Assembly (NCBI RefSeq): GCF_006345805.1
Contig: NC_043004.1
Span: 94,860,001 to 94,924,000 of the forward strand
Direction: 5' to 3'
Source of the DNA: Octopus sinensis
Lineage: Eukaryota
DNA: 64,000 nucleotides
Shown: positions 39,690 through 53,589 of the stretch, piece after piece
Position numbering within the stretch: the stretch's first letter is position 1
Layout of the letters: each line of letters starts with the position of its first letter
The notes under the pieces: model-generated
What the model saw: only the letters and a program-made list of their open reading frames with translations
Told to the model about the DNA's origin: nothing
Databases searched by the model: none
Translations under genes and position numbers: made by a program

Positions 39690-40110
39690 TCCAAATTAAA
39701 TATAATAAAAAAGGAATTCGAGTGATTTTATTGTGTGTTCCAAATAGAACGCAGATGAGCGGAACATCTCTAAAGATCAGCAAATCATCCATGCTGGCAC
39801 CATCAAATCAAGTATAGCTCATCATTAGCTTTAGAAAGTGATCTAGAGGAGAAGAAATTCTTGAAGAAAAGAAGATTTGTGGTCGAACTGAAAGCCCTGT
39901 ATCGCAGATGATACCCGGAATTGACTAAACAGAGCTACAAAATTCCATTTCGTCATGCTTACCTTCCAGTCCGCTCTCTGACCATATATAACTTTTTCAA
40001 GCATCTCGATAATCTTCTGTAAAAGAAGGTCTCTCTCTCACATACACACACACACATCAGCTAAAATACCTTCCAAGAATTGTTTCATTTCAAATCCGGA
40101 ACCTACAACA
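39690..40110 (+). pseudogene. Highly decayed mariner transposase remnant
   Basis: Frame fragments resembling KKxIRxIxL, ExLEExxxxGR and YxFFKHLDNxL (SPDLxPxDYHxF region). Confidence 0.45.
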
Positions 40111-41962
40111 ATCAACTGATTCGAAGCTGCCGACAAACTTGGACTCAAGTCGGCCTCAATCTCGGACATTTCCATAAAGTCTCAGATAGTTTTGTAAATT
40201 TCTCTTGACCACAAGTGGTGGCGAGCGTGTTTCAGCTCTGCCTTCCAGCCCTACAGAGATGTAAGGCTGAAATACTACAGCCACAAAATCGATTATGACC
40301 TGCTGGATAAAGCCTTTCTCCAAATTGGCGTCTCATTGAAGCTTGGAATTCGGATCTACCAGCTACACAATTATCGCTGCGATTTTTCAATGGACGTTTG
40401 CGGACTGTATCTAGTGTCATGTTGTCTCCACGTTGGTTTTGATGTAGCCAGTTTTGTAGCTCAGCAATAGTCGGCAAGGCTTGATCGTAAGGACAGCAAA
40501 AAACCTGACTCGATGGCAGCAGAATCTTCCCGTTACAAGGTAGCAAGGTTGAAATCTGTGGTGCGACATACGGTGACTCTTTCTCCAATGACAAGATGGT
40601 AAAATCGAGATCAAACTCAGGCTTGTTTGTTCGAAAAGCAGAGTACGCTAGCTGATCGATAGATTTCATTTCAAAATCTATAGCGACACAAAGTCTTTCA
40701 GGTTGGTATTGAAGTTAAGACAAGGCAGAGAGAAGAACTTTTGAATGAAATGCGAGCATCAATTGAGGGGAAGTTAAGCAGCAAGGGCATTGAGTTTCAG
40801 CAACAGGGAGTCTGGTTAAGAATGAAGCAAGCGATGGTACGCAAAGTCGCATGGTTTATGCTTTGGAAAGCAGAGTCCATCGGAATAAATTCCTCTTTCA
40901 GGTTGTCTAGAATGTTCTATTGTGCTTGTCCATGTTGTTCTGTTGGAGAAAAGTGGAGTCACCAGCTTTTCTTCTGAGGTATTCTGGAACAGATCCTTAG
41001 TAGTTGAGCTGAGCAAAACCCCTAGACGAAAGGTGCTACTACTGGCATCATAAACAGGTCCTTAAGGCATAGATGACGCCATCCAGAATGAGATTAATCA
41101 ATGCAGGCATCTCCGACCAAAGAAGAAGCTTGTTACTTTTGTTAAGGCCCGCGTGAAGCTGACATCAATTGCGAGGGCCCCCACCTCTGCCTTGCTAGCT
41201 GTTTTTTTTTTCCTTTTAGTTTATAGGGTCTGGTAGATGTTTACGTTTCTTTGATGGTCATTCTACTTTCAGAAATAGTAACTACAAGGGTTACACTTTA
41301 CTGTAACAACAAACTGTGTCGCTCATATGTACTAATGATGCTTGATTTTGCGGTTTCATTGTTTAGATGATCTAGGGTTGTGCTTTGATGAAGAAAAACA
41401 AAGGTGGCGTGATTCATTTTACGCTGGTGTAGCTGCCTCTTTTTAAAAATCAATGTGGTGCCTGTAAGTTCCCTAAGAATATTTTTGTTGCCTTATTTTC
41501 TTTGTTGTTTTCTCTGTGGTAAATATGAGGAAGATGAAAGTGTGTAATTATTGGCACTCACATTTTCTACTTGGTATTTTTATGTTTTTGACTGCGATGG
41601 TTTAGTTAGGCTTTTTTTTTTTTTTTGGTGTTGCTGGTAGGAAGAAATACAGCGCATTTGGTAGATACTAATATTAAGACTGTTATTTTAGAGTCAAGTT
41701 TTTAGGTGATTAATGTAGGGCTGAAACAATAGTGTAGATTTGACTGGAGTCTTCAGATAAACAATAGGATACCATCTTCCTTCGAGGCTTTGTGAATGCT
41801 TTGAGACAAGAGCAGATTATGCAAGTATAAAATAGGGCAAAATGATGGATCTTTAAGGTACACCATTTAATGGAAAATTCATATTCCATTAGTAGGAAAT
41901 GGAATAAAAATACTTTCCAAATGTGATGTTAAGCGGCGAGTAGATATGTAATTCTTTCTCTC

Positions 41963-42015
<53 letters not shown>

Positions 42016-42059
42016 CTGTCTATCTTTCTCCCTCTCTCTCTTCTGTGTGCATATATATA

Positions 42060-42584
<525 letters not shown>

Positions 42585-42631
42585 ATGGTAAATGAAAGAC
42601 GGCAGATGGAAGATACGAGAATTTTTATTAA

Positions 42632-42677
42632 TCACTACAATTGTTTCGTTACATCTAGCATCGATTCCTCAGGGGTG
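42632..42677 (-). ncRNA. Decayed hammerhead motif
   Basis: Minus strand reads CACCC-CTGAGGA-ATCGATGCTAGATGTAAC-GAAA-CAATT-GTA-GTGA. Core and stem III are intact; stems I and II pair poorly. Confidence 0.35.
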
Positions 42678-43699
42678 GGATACTTAGCTGGTTCAGGTGT
42701 ATCCGGCTGTTCAGATATGTCTCTTCGGGTGATAAATAGATATAAAATAACAGTTCTGCTATGTATTCTCATTTCGTGTAAAGAAAAGCAGCAAATTAAA
42801 GGATATAGTTTCATTTGTATAGAAGATCAATTATAAAATAGTAGATGCAAAAAAGAAACGAACACACAATGCAGCGAGAAAAGTATTAACAGTAGCTGTT
42901 AACGGATATGGATATATAAACACCCTCGCCCAAGTTGTATGGTGCGTGTACACTCGCTCTTACAAGCATCCACGAAGATGTAGACATACACATACGTGTG
43001 GTTCGGCGCACATACATTCACATAGAGAGTTAAATAGCTACTTGGTGTTTATAAGAATGGGGAGGTTAAAGCTAAACTTAATTCATCCATATCATAAAGT
43101 AAGTTATGTTGACAGTTACTCAAATTCATTCCCACTGCATTGTGTGAAAGTACATTTATATGCATGTATGCATCTTGAGAGTCTTTCAGAAATTCTATTA
43201 ATGATTTTTTCATTGGCTCACAGAATAGACACGGATTTCTCGAAGCAGAGTCGGCATCTCCTGGAAATGATATTATATAGTTTTGCGTGTCATACTATGG
43301 ACCAAGTTATGTTATACTTAATTTTATATTCTTTCAGTCGCAACACAAAATTCGATTTAAAATGTTGAATGTCTCTTATTGATTCTCTTGAAGCTGGCGA
43401 CATGGTTGTGATAAGGATTCTTGAATGAATCAGCCGTTTGCCCAATGTAAACGTACGACACTCCCCTTGTGTGCACGGTACAGTTATATATACGATTTGT
43501 ACTCATACAGAGGTTCATCAATGGGCATTTTAATTTTTCTCTGCAGGAACATTTATTATACTTTGTATATATATGGCAGTTCTGACATCATTTTCCGATA
43601 TTATTACCGTGTTAGCTACATCACAATTATTTCTACCATCACAATATATTTCTCTCTCTCTCTCTTTCTCTCTCTCTCTGTCCTCTCTCTCTCTCTCTC

Positions 43700-43740
<41 letters not shown>

Positions 43741-43814
43741 TTCACTCTTTAGTTTGAGTTATTTAACTCAAGATGTTCTTTGAAGTGCAACGATTGCGTG
43801 TTAATACATATGGT

Positions 43815-44035
43815 GCTTCAAGGCAGCGAGTTGGCAGAATCGTTGGCACGCCAAACACGATGCTTTACAACATTTCGACCATCTTTACGTTCCGAGTTCA
43901 AATTCCGCCGAAGTTGATTTTGTCTTTCATCTTTTTAGTATCGTTAAAATAAGTACCAGTTAAGAACTGGGGTCAATGTAATCGACTTACACCTCCTCCT
44001 AAATTGCTGGTCTTGCGCCAAAATTTGAAACCAAC
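43815..44035 (+). mobile_element. SINE family B, diverged
   Basis: AGGCAGCGAGTTGGCAGAATCGTT...GAGTTCAAATTCCGCCG. Confidence 0.8.
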
Positions 44036-44521
44036 ATATAAGGTGTTTGAAAGGTTGTTTAGTTTCTGTCTAAACAACAAAATGTAATAGCATTGGTATG
44101 ATGTGAAACTGCGGCTTACCACTTGAAAGAGGAAACAGAAAGAGACTAATCTACAGTAACATTTTATGATGGCACCATGAAGAATCCGAATAAGTGACAA
44201 TGACTTCAATAATATGGCAGCATCCTTTAGAAGTCGAAGTCTTATGATTATTTTTGTAAGTTAGATGAAGATTTGTAAATTAAATACTTCTTTTATTGCT
44301 AGTTTCACACTAACTAATATATTGGCACACCTGTGTGTTTGGGGCTGTATAATGAAGTGTGAAAACTGAGTCTTTGAAATAAGAGAGAGAAAGAAAAAGA
44401 AAGAGGTTGGATAAGTGTGGTGGAATAAATTCTTTTAATATCAGAATGATGTGTGTGTGTGTATGTGCGTATGTGTGTATATTCACATATAGACATATAA
44501 TATACAATTACATACGTACCT

Positions 44522-44588
<67 letters not shown>

Positions 44589-44854
44589 TCATACATACAA
44601 ATATGTATTTGTATACATATATAGACACACACATATATATATCCATATACATACATATATACATAAACATACCTATATACATACATACATATATATATAC
44701 ACACACATTCACACATACATACATACGTACATATATATATATATATACTTACAAACAGAAAGTACGTATACACATCCACGCTCTCATACCCACATATATA
44801 TACATCTATGTACTGTGTATTTGTGTATATATATATTATATATATTAATATATA

Positions 44855-44885
<31 letters not shown>

Positions 44886-45426
44886 GTACTTAAGTATGTA
44901 TGAACTACGTACGTATGTATGCGAAATTATACTTCTAAATTTCGAAAGGAAATTAATTAAATTTCCATCAAAATGGTAATTAGTCTAAATGAAATGGTTT
45001 TGGCAGCAAAATACGTGGAGTGATGTGCGTGGTGTCGAGAAAAAGATAAAGCAAAATGGAGAGCGATAGACAGAGAGAAGGAAGGTGGTGGTGATGTAAA
45101 GGAAAAGGTTAGAAAAGACAGACAGTGAAGCATTAAAAATATAAATTAATGAATTGCAAAATAAATGAATATATATTTTTCATAAATGGATAAAAGAAAG
45201 ATATATTTCCAGATGGATTTTAACTGAATTTATTATCAAATAAATTACATAAATCATGTGAAAATTAGCAAAAATAAAATATTTTATGTGTGTTATTTTT
45301 GTTGTTGCATTTTATTACGAATAATTTTTATCATCTATAATTTTTTTATTAGTAATAGTAGTATTATTAAATGTTTTTAATATTATTTTGTATTTATACT
45401 TTATTAATATTCTAATTTTTATTCAA

Positions 45427-45457
<31 letters not shown>

Positions 45458-45467
45458 GTTGTTGTTG

Positions 45468-45528
<61 letters not shown>

Positions 45529-45780
45529 CAACATTATTATCATTATATTGTTGTTGTTTTTCTTCTCAAAATGCTTGATCTTTATTGCTTATATCTACTA
45601 ATATTAATTGCAATAATATATTTAAATAAAAAATTCTATTTAATTTATTATTTAGTTTGTTTCATATGGAGAGTGTCACTGAAGTTGTATCGTTTTATAT
45701 ATACACATATGCATGCATATATATATATTGATATGTATGTGCATGTATATGTATGTAGCGATATCATATATATATTATAT

Positions 45781-45858
<78 letters not shown>

Positions 45859-46161
45859 CAATTTTGAAACCATTGCTGGGTGTTATTTTGTCCTTGGTAG
45901 TTTAACTTTATTTATGATAAACCAAGCAAAAACCAAAGAATTTAAATGTCGCTGATTTCTACATTAATTGTTGTACATATTGCATATATATATATATATA
46001 TATATATATCATAAAAGCAAGAATAAAGATTCAAGTTAATTAAATGAATTTACTTGAATATGGTACCTAACTTAGATGCACCAAAAAAAACTATACTGTT
46101 TTAAAAATACAGTAATGTGGGGTGATTATAAGCGAGAAAGAAGCAACAAGAATGGATAGGT

Positions 46162-46251
46162 TTTTAGTACAATCGTTTCATACAAGGACAGGCTTTATTA
46201 AAGTTGCAAAAATTACAGCATATAAACGTGTCCCGTACTCATCAGCTAAAA
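46162..46251 (-). ncRNA. Hammerhead motif with extended stem II (left arm)
   Basis: Reverse complement of 46478-46569 with small indels. Confidence 0.75.
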
Positions 46252-46477
46252 TACATGTGAGTCTTAGACATCCTAGTGGTTGAGGCTATACTCATGAAGT
46301 AATGTAGATAATTAAGTAACATAAACAGATTTCCAAACTTTTTTAAAATTCTGTGATAAGACTGTACATCATCTTTAAAGAACTTTAATGAACTTTGGAA
46401 ATCTGATGTTACTTATTATCTACATTACTTCATGAGTATAGCCTCAACCACTAGGATGTCTAGAGAACTCACATGTA

Positions 46478-46569
46478 TTTTAGCTGATGAGTACGGGACA
46501 CGTTTATATGCTGTAATTTTTGCAACTTTTTAATAAAGCCTGTCCTTGTATGAAACGATTGTACTAAAA
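46478..46569 (+). ncRNA. Hammerhead motif with extended stem II, GUA site (right arm)
   Basis: TTTTAG-CTGATGA-[GTACGGGACA...TGTCCTTGTAT, 61 nt]-GAAA-CGATT-GTA-CTAAAA. Confidence 0.75.
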
Positions 46570-46599
46570 ACCTATCCATTCTTGTTGCTTCTTTCTCGC

Positions 46600-46718
<119 letters not shown>

Positions 46719-47149
46719 GTATATATTATGAATATATATATATATATATATATATAATACATATGTATATATATATATCTATTATATATATTATATATAT
46801 ATATATATCTATATATATATATATATACATCATACCCACAAAGAGATAAATGGAGACATAAACAAGGATAAGGAGAGAAAGAGATTTATGCATATATGTG
46901 TTTATGTGCTTTTCTTTCTCTCCTTCTCTTTCTCATAATCACTCTCTCTCTCTCTTTCACACACACATACTCTCTCTTTCTCTCTATCAATAAGTCCTTA
47001 TTGTGCGAGATATTTTCAAGGGGTTTTTTCGTCGACGTTGTTGATGATTTCAATCTTTATGACTGCCTCCATAAGTCTAAGATTAATCAGTCACTAAAAC
47101 CATAGAGATGATACTTGTTAAAGCTTTAGTTTTCTTGTAATGGTTTATT

Positions 47150-48760
47150 TACTATTTTTTCATGTTGCTGATGTTGTAAATCATTTACTATCAGAGGTTC
47201 TGATTTACCTCAGAAGTTCTGAGTACAATGTATACTAGAAAATTATGGTGTCCAGCATCCTTTTTACAAGCCCTGCCCATCGAAATTTAACGCTACTGAA
47301 TGATGCTTTGTTTTGCTTTCTTTCTAGTCAGCCTAAACATCTGACGTTCAAGATCGTTCACCTCTTTCTTTGATGTAATCAATGTAGCCTCTCATATCAA
47401 AGTGTTTAAATTTTATATGCTAAGTCTCACCGCCGTAGAGCACTGTGGAGAATGCAACAGCCTGTTACACCATTTTTATTTTTGTCTCACGATTGTGAAA
47501 TAGCTGCTCGAAGGACTTCTGGGCTGCTCGCAATCAGTTGTTGATGACATTTTCGAAGGAGCAAGAAATGAACATGATGCTAGCGAGACAGATGAAAAGG
47601 AAAACCTTCTGCAACTAGTTCTGAAGAGTATTTTCAAGCGGTATTCGTTCTGTTCTTCAAATTCCGTCGAGGTCGACTTTGCCTTTCATCCTTTCGGGGT
47701 CGATAAATTAAGTACCAGTTACGCACTGGGGTCGATGAAATAGGCTTAATCCGTTTGCCTGTCCTTGTTTGTCTCCTCTGTGTTTAGCCCCTTGTGGGTA
47801 ATAAAGAAATAGGTATTCGTTCTGTTCATTCATATTTGTTATGCTGACAGTGAGGCCAAATATCTCATGATCATGAATAAGTGCACCAAAGATCGTTTGT
47901 GGATTCGAATCGGTTAACAACGTAACAGCGTTATCTTCAGCATATTGCAGCTCACAGATTATGTTTATTGAAGTGTGGTCTCTCGATTTAAGTTCGCATA
48001 GGTTGAAAATTCCTTCATTATATGTACATCCAATGTCAATTCCAGGTTCGGATTCATAGCTGATTTCCATCAGTATAACATTCTTTATACATTGAAAACA
48101 GAGTTGATGTTAGTATTTTATGACAATTAGCAGAGTAGAAATCATGTACACAGCGTTTGCTCAGCATAGCTTCGAATTTCATTGGCCTTAGATCGATATC
48201 TGTCATTTTGAATTCTATAGATCTGTGTTTGAACAACAGCTTCGAAATGTCGACATTTGTCTCGTTTAGTTTTGTAATTAGTAACAATATTCAGTATTGA
48301 GCAATCATTTTCTCGTGCAAGCGTTGCAGAGTTCTGCGTTTTTCTCATCAAACTAATGTAAATGCTTATGGTTTGAGAATCACCCTTCTGACACTGCTAT
48401 AAAAATTACAAGTTTTCAACCGATCCATTGAGATGTCAGTTTCAGTGCATCTGAGTTACAAGGTTTCAAATTTTACATTAGGGTCTGTTAAAAACTATAA
48501 CGAATTCCAAAACTCCTCAGTTGTTGCACTGCCAGCTTCTTCCTCAATTATGCGTTGCACCTTACATATCTTGTTAGTTTACGTTTAAGTATCAATCTTA
48601 GAGGCAATATAAGATGGTGGTCACTCCAGGTATCGTCAATGGCAGTCATTACTTTGGCAATATTGACTTCAGTTAACTTCCGGCTTACCTCGCTTCCATG
48701 CAGTGATGTATTCAATAAAGGACTAGTAAATATATACATGCAAGCATGTGTCTGTGTGTG
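47150..48760 (-). pseudogene. Old RTE/BovB-like LINE remnant interrupted by a SINE B
   Basis: Minus-strand peptides DTWSDHHLI (EN end), GIFNLCELKS..ICELQYAEDNA..FGLTVS (RT) and AVAFSTVLYGGET. Confidence 0.7.
47656..47811 (+). mobile_element. 5'-truncated SINE family B with a 16-bp TSD
   Basis: GGTATTCGTTCTGTTC at 47640-47655 and 47812-47827. Confidence 0.9.
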
Positions 48761-48771
48761 TGAACAATATC

Positions 48772-49003
48772 TATTTCTTTATTACCCACAAGGGGCTAAA
48801 CACAGAGGGGACAAACAAGGACAGACATAGGTATTAAGTCGATTACATCGACCCCAGTGCGTAACTGGTACTTAATTTATCGACCCCGAAAGGATGAAAG
48901 GCAAAGTCGACCTCGGCGGAATTTGAACTCACAACGTAACGCAGACGAAATACCGCTAAGCATTTCGCCCGGCGTGCTAACGTTTCTGCCAGCTCGCCGC
49001 CTT
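48772..49003 (-). mobile_element. SINE family B, full length, with a 17-bp TSD
   Basis: TGTGTGTGAACAATATC at 48755-48771 and 49004-49020. Confidence 0.92.
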
Positions 49004-49547
49004 TGTGTGTGAACAATATCGGACACACACATACGCAAGGTATGTGTTTTATCAGTTAGTGGGCAGGCTGCGATTACAGACGTGAGAGAATATATTTTCA
49101 TCAAGTTGCCTGGTGTTAAAACACCCTTGGGCTGCTCCTCATTCATATTTGAAAATTTTCTATGGTATGAAACATTGGAACTATATGCAAAATGGTTCTT
49201 AAACCATTTTGTATATAGTCATAGACCGCAATTTAGCTTACATTTTGATTACGTTTCGGATACATGCTATTGACAAGTCAAAAAGACGAAGAAATATCGA
49301 TGTCTATCGCTCCTCTAACGGGACCAGATGTGAATTATCTCACTTTTCTATGACTTCCAGGTGTTTCAACACTAAGGGTATTGATGAGAATATATTCTCT
49401 TGTGCCTGTAATCGTAGCCTATCCACGAACTGGCAAAAAGGCATACCTTGTGTATGGTGTTCGATATTGTTAATATCCGCCCCCGTTGCTTCGCATTTAT
49501 ATTTGAATATATTATATATATATATATATATTATATATATATATATA

Positions 49548-49586
<39 letters not shown>

Positions 49587-49678
49587 TTAGAGACAAAACC
49601 ACTATTATGCAAATCAAACAAAGAAAGACTTAATCCAATACATAAAAAATTTTATATAATAAAATAAAATTAAGTTAT

Positions 49679-49724
49679 CCACTACAATTGTTTCTTGTCA
49701 CTTCTAAGGACATTCATCAGGTGG
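49679..49724 (-). ncRNA. Type I minimal hammerhead motif, GUA site (left arm)
   Basis: Minus strand reads CCAC-CTGATGA-A-TGTC-CTTAGAAGT-GACA-A-GAAA-CAATT-GTA-GTGG. Confidence 0.75.
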
Positions 49725-49764
49725 TTTTCAGACCTCCTATTTAAAATTGAAGAAGGTCTGAAAA

Positions 49765-49810
49765 CCACCTGATGAATGTCCTTAGAAGTGACAAGAAACA
49801 ATTGTAGTAG
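49765..49810 (+). ncRNA. Type I minimal hammerhead motif (right arm, one stem I mismatch)
   Basis: Same as the left arm but ends GTAG instead of GTGG. Confidence 0.65.
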
Positions 49811-50021
49811 ATAACTTAATTTTATTTAATTTAGATAAATTTGTTATGTATTGAATTAAGTCTTTCTTTGGTTGATTTGCATAATAGTGGTTTTTGTCTC
49901 TAATTAATATTATATAATATTTTACTATAAAATTGGATTCAATCCTAAATCTGATTTTTCCCTGTAAATTTGGATTTATTCCCTAATATTTATTATTATT
50001 ATATTATTATTATATATATAT

Positions 50022-50066
<45 letters not shown>

Positions 50067-50919
50067 TATATTATATATATATATTATATATATATATACA
50101 TATGTATATGTATTATAGTAAGAGAAGGAATATACTATCCAGGCAGATACCGAATTGTTCTGAGTAAAATGCCAAAGCTGGTTCCTCCCGACGGTGCGTT
50201 TATTTTGGTAATGTTCCTTTAGCTTCATCTGATGTTCCAGTTTATTTCTTTGTTACTTAGAGTGTGTAGATATATATATCGTTACGAACGAAAAAAATTA
50301 TATTCAGATAATTTCTCATTCGTACGGCGTGAAATAGAACACCGCTCTCTGGTTTTGTAAGCGAAGACAAAAAATGAAATTCTTTGTGGTCATGTGACTT
50401 TTTAAAGCGCAGGCGGTATGACTTTGGCGCGCTTTTGTGTAGGCGAAATATAAAGACTACTATTTCCCATGTGGCGAATGAGTTCGAGCTGGAAGTTCGT
50501 GCTAGTCGCACAACGTAAAAGGCTTTCCTCAACGCTTAGTGTTATCTTTGAAAGCCATGTTGAAAAGTGCTGTTATCGTGAACTATTGTTGAAAATATTG
50601 TTGAAAAGTTTTTGTGTGAACATTTTGTTTTGTTTGCTTTTCGGTGGACTTGTTCCCTTTTCCCCCCTGGTTTGAGGGGAGAGCGTTGTGTTATTATGCA
50701 GCCGTATTCTGACATAGAGTCTTGTGAGGAGCAATTGTTGAGATGTTTTTATAGCATCGACAAGGTGAAGGGAGGAAAGAGTAGCTGGTAATTCGAGAGA
50801 GGAGGTACAAATACGTAAGGAAGAGTTGGAAAAATTCAAAGACTTAATAAAAAGAGAAGCGCACGAAATTATTGTGACCCCCGCCAAAGGAAGTAAATCA
50901 TAAGGTAGAAAAAGAAACA

Positions 50920-51255
50920 ATTGTGTATCAAACGTTTGATTTCGAAAAGAAAAGGATAAAGATTGTATCAAAGGAAAAAATTTTTTTAATGCCTGAAAGA
51001 CATATGGAACGACATTACATAAGTACGCCACAGTGGAGGTGCGGTTTAAAACAGAAAACAGAAGAAACAGCCAAGTATTATTATATTGCCTCAAGAAATA
51101 CGGCAGAGGTGGTGCTCCTCCCAACTTACCGTGGGAGACGTGTTTCCAGGGCAACGGTGGAGGAGATACCGCCAGAAGTGGACGCTGGCTGGATTGTGGA
51201 AGCTATTATAACGGGGATGGAGGATAAAATCTCCATCCTCCAAATTAGTGATTGA
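50920..51255 (+). pseudogene. Possible LINE ORF1-like fragment
   Basis: LLPTYRGRRVSRATVEEIPPEVDAGWIVEAI looks like real protein sequence and resembles L1/Tx1-type ORF1 regions as I recall them; not verified. Confidence 0.35.
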
Positions 51256-51364
51256 ATTTTTTACCTATAACAATTAAAATTAAGAAATAGCAACTAGTTC
51301 AAATTGATCAAAATATTATGTAGCACGTTCATGAAAAGTAGCGTAATGTGCTACTTGTATCCAT

Positions 51365-51745
51365 CAGGCGTGGCTGTGGAGTAATAAGTTTGCTTCCTAA
51401 CCACATGATTCCGAATTCAATTCCACAGTGTGGCACCTACTATAACCTCGGCCTATCAAAGCTTTGTTAGTCGATATGAGAGACGGGAACTGAAAGAAAC
51501 CCGTCATATATTTGTGTAATGCGTGTGTGTATCTTTGTGTCTGTGTCTGTCACCCACCCACAACCGCTCAACAACCCGTGATGGTGTGTTTACATCCCCG
51601 TAACAAAGCGGTTCGGAAAAAGAGACTGGTAGAATAAGTACCGGGATTACAAAATAAATAATGGGGGTGGATCGGTTCGACTAAAATTCTTTAAGGTGGT
51701 ATCCATGAATGGCCACAATTTAAATGGCTGAAACAATTTAAAGAT
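51365..51745 (+). mobile_element. SINE family A, old diverged copy
   Basis: Recognisable head, core and tail. Confidence 0.75.
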
Positions 51746-51792
51746 AATGAATCCAACAATATTGGTAATAAATAAAAGGAACAACATTTAAG

Positions 51793-52200
51793 AGGGCGAG
51801 CTAGCAGTATTGTTAGCACGCCGGGCGAAATGTTTAGCGGTATTTCGTCTGCCGTTACGTTCTGAGTTCAAATTACGCCGAGGTCGACTTTGCCTTTCAT
51901 CCTTTCGGGGTCGATTAAATAAGTACCAGTTACGCACTGGAGTCGATATAATCGACTTAATCCGTTTTTCTGTCCTTATTTGTCCTCTCTGTGTTTAGCT
52001 CCTTGTGGGTAGTAAAGTAATAGGTATTTCACCCGTCACTACGTTCTGAGTTCAAATTCCTACGAGGTCGACCTTGCCTTTCATCCTTTCAGAGTCGATA
52101 AAAAGAGTACCAGTTGAGCACTGGTATCGATGTAATCGACAATCCCCCTCCTCCAAAATTTCAGGCCTTGTGTCTAGAGTAGAAAGGATTATTAGAGCAA
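51793..52200 (+). mobile_element. SINE family B dimer
   Basis: Full copy followed by a copy starting at GGTATTT (52023). Confidence 0.85.
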
Positions 52201-52429
52201 CATTTAGCGACACTAAGACTGCCAATATTCCGCAGAAGCAACAAATGGATGTGTGATCAAGACGTTTGTTTTCTAACCATGTAGTTTCGGATTCAGTACC
52301 ACTGCGCAGTACTTTCAACAATGACTCGCTACTACAACACCGAGTTGATCCAACACCTTCAGTGGGGATTTGAGACATAGACTGTAGAGGAGTTTGCTAT
52401 ATCTATCTATCTATTTGTCGGTCTGTCTA

Positions 52430-52476
<47 letters not shown>

Positions 52477-52526
52477 TCGTTAGCCACTACACATATTTTT
52501 TTCTCTCCTTGTTTTTTTCTGTGTCC

Positions 52527-52562
52527 CTTTCTGTAGAAGAGCGTAGGCTCGAAACGTAAAAG
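52527..52562 (+). ncRNA. Hammerhead-like motif with CUGUAGA core, in a ~190-bp repeat (52470-52660)
   Basis: CTTT-CTGTAGA-A-GAGC-GTAG-GCTC-GAAA-C-GTA-AAAG. Confidence 0.55.
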
Positions 52563-52650
52563 ATTTTTTCTATTCCTAAGCGTTATACTAATAAATTTGT
52601 TTGTTTTGTACACTACCTGTCTTTGTCTTTTGTTTTTTTCGTAAACTCTC

Positions 52651-52689
<39 letters not shown>

Positions 52690-53589
52690 GCGCACACACG
52701 CGCGCAAGCGCATAAAAACTTGCAAGGTTTCAGAAGCCAAAGTTAGTTTAGAGTATTGTTATTTTATTAAACTCGTCCAAACTATTCAGATTGATAATTA
52801 GATAGATATAGATAAATTAGATAGAAAGATAGATAGGTTGATGCGTATAAGTATTTATGTATGTATGTATGTGTATATGTATATATATGTATATCTTATG
52901 TATTGTTGATTCGAATTCATCTTTGAGATGGTAAATCTTACAATCTGTCCAATCAGCCATTACATCTGTACGGCTGTCACCACTAAACTCTCTAACAAAA
53001 CAGCGACAGCATAGTATTACAATATCAATCAACATTACACGAAACCCAGAACTAGTGAACGGTTTTTACACAGCAGACAGTGATTAATTAGATGAACGAG
53101 AACAACAATTCAGATTGGCTGAAAAGTCTCTCAAGAATCAGAGAAAAATATAGAATAGAGCGATCTCCTGGCACTATGCATTGACAAAACTACTGATGTG
53201 AAATCGAGTTTTATCACCAATCTTTATTTATTGATGGTGACATTAAAACGTCATGGGAGACTTGTACATAGAGGGAACTACATACAACCTTTTACTCTGT
53301 GTTCAACTTGTATACGAAATGTTCTATAAAACACTTAAGTATTCATTAAATATAAAAGGTGGTTAGAGTTGGCACAAATCTTGTTAGTAGCATATATACA
53401 ATATATATTGAGTTAGACATTTATACACTTCAAATACAACTTATACCAAGATTGTTTGATCAGATCGAAGGCAAGTTCAGTTTCTGATTTTGCTCATGCT
53501 GATATTATCTGACTTCAACCTCGTAGTAATGGTGGGATTAAAGTGGTTTGGATTTAAAACCACATATCCTGCTGTCCTATGCAAATATT

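Larger units (their letters stand above)
46132..46599. mobile_element. About 470-bp fold-back element with two hammerhead motifs
   Basis: GCGAGAAAGAAGCAACAAGAATGGATAGG at the left end and CCTATCCATTCTTGTTGCTTCTTTCTCGC at the right end. Arms are near-perfect; the spacer at about 46335-46390 is imperfect. Confidence 0.9.
49580..49910. mobile_element. About 330-bp fold-back element with two hammerhead motifs
   Basis: TATTAATTAGAGACAAAACCACTATTATGCAAATC at the left end pairs with GATTTGCATAATAGTGGTTTTTGTCTCTAATTAATA at the right end. Loop at about 49735-49754. Confidence 0.9.

Noticed and set aside
44120-44224. 105-nt open minus-strand segment ending in a GTAAGC donor
   Set aside because: The acceptor lacks a polypyrimidine tract and the peptide is unrecognisable.
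53000-53300. LALCIDKTTDV resembling the hAT transposase SLALDESTD motif
   Set aside because: A single short degenerate motif is too weak to call.
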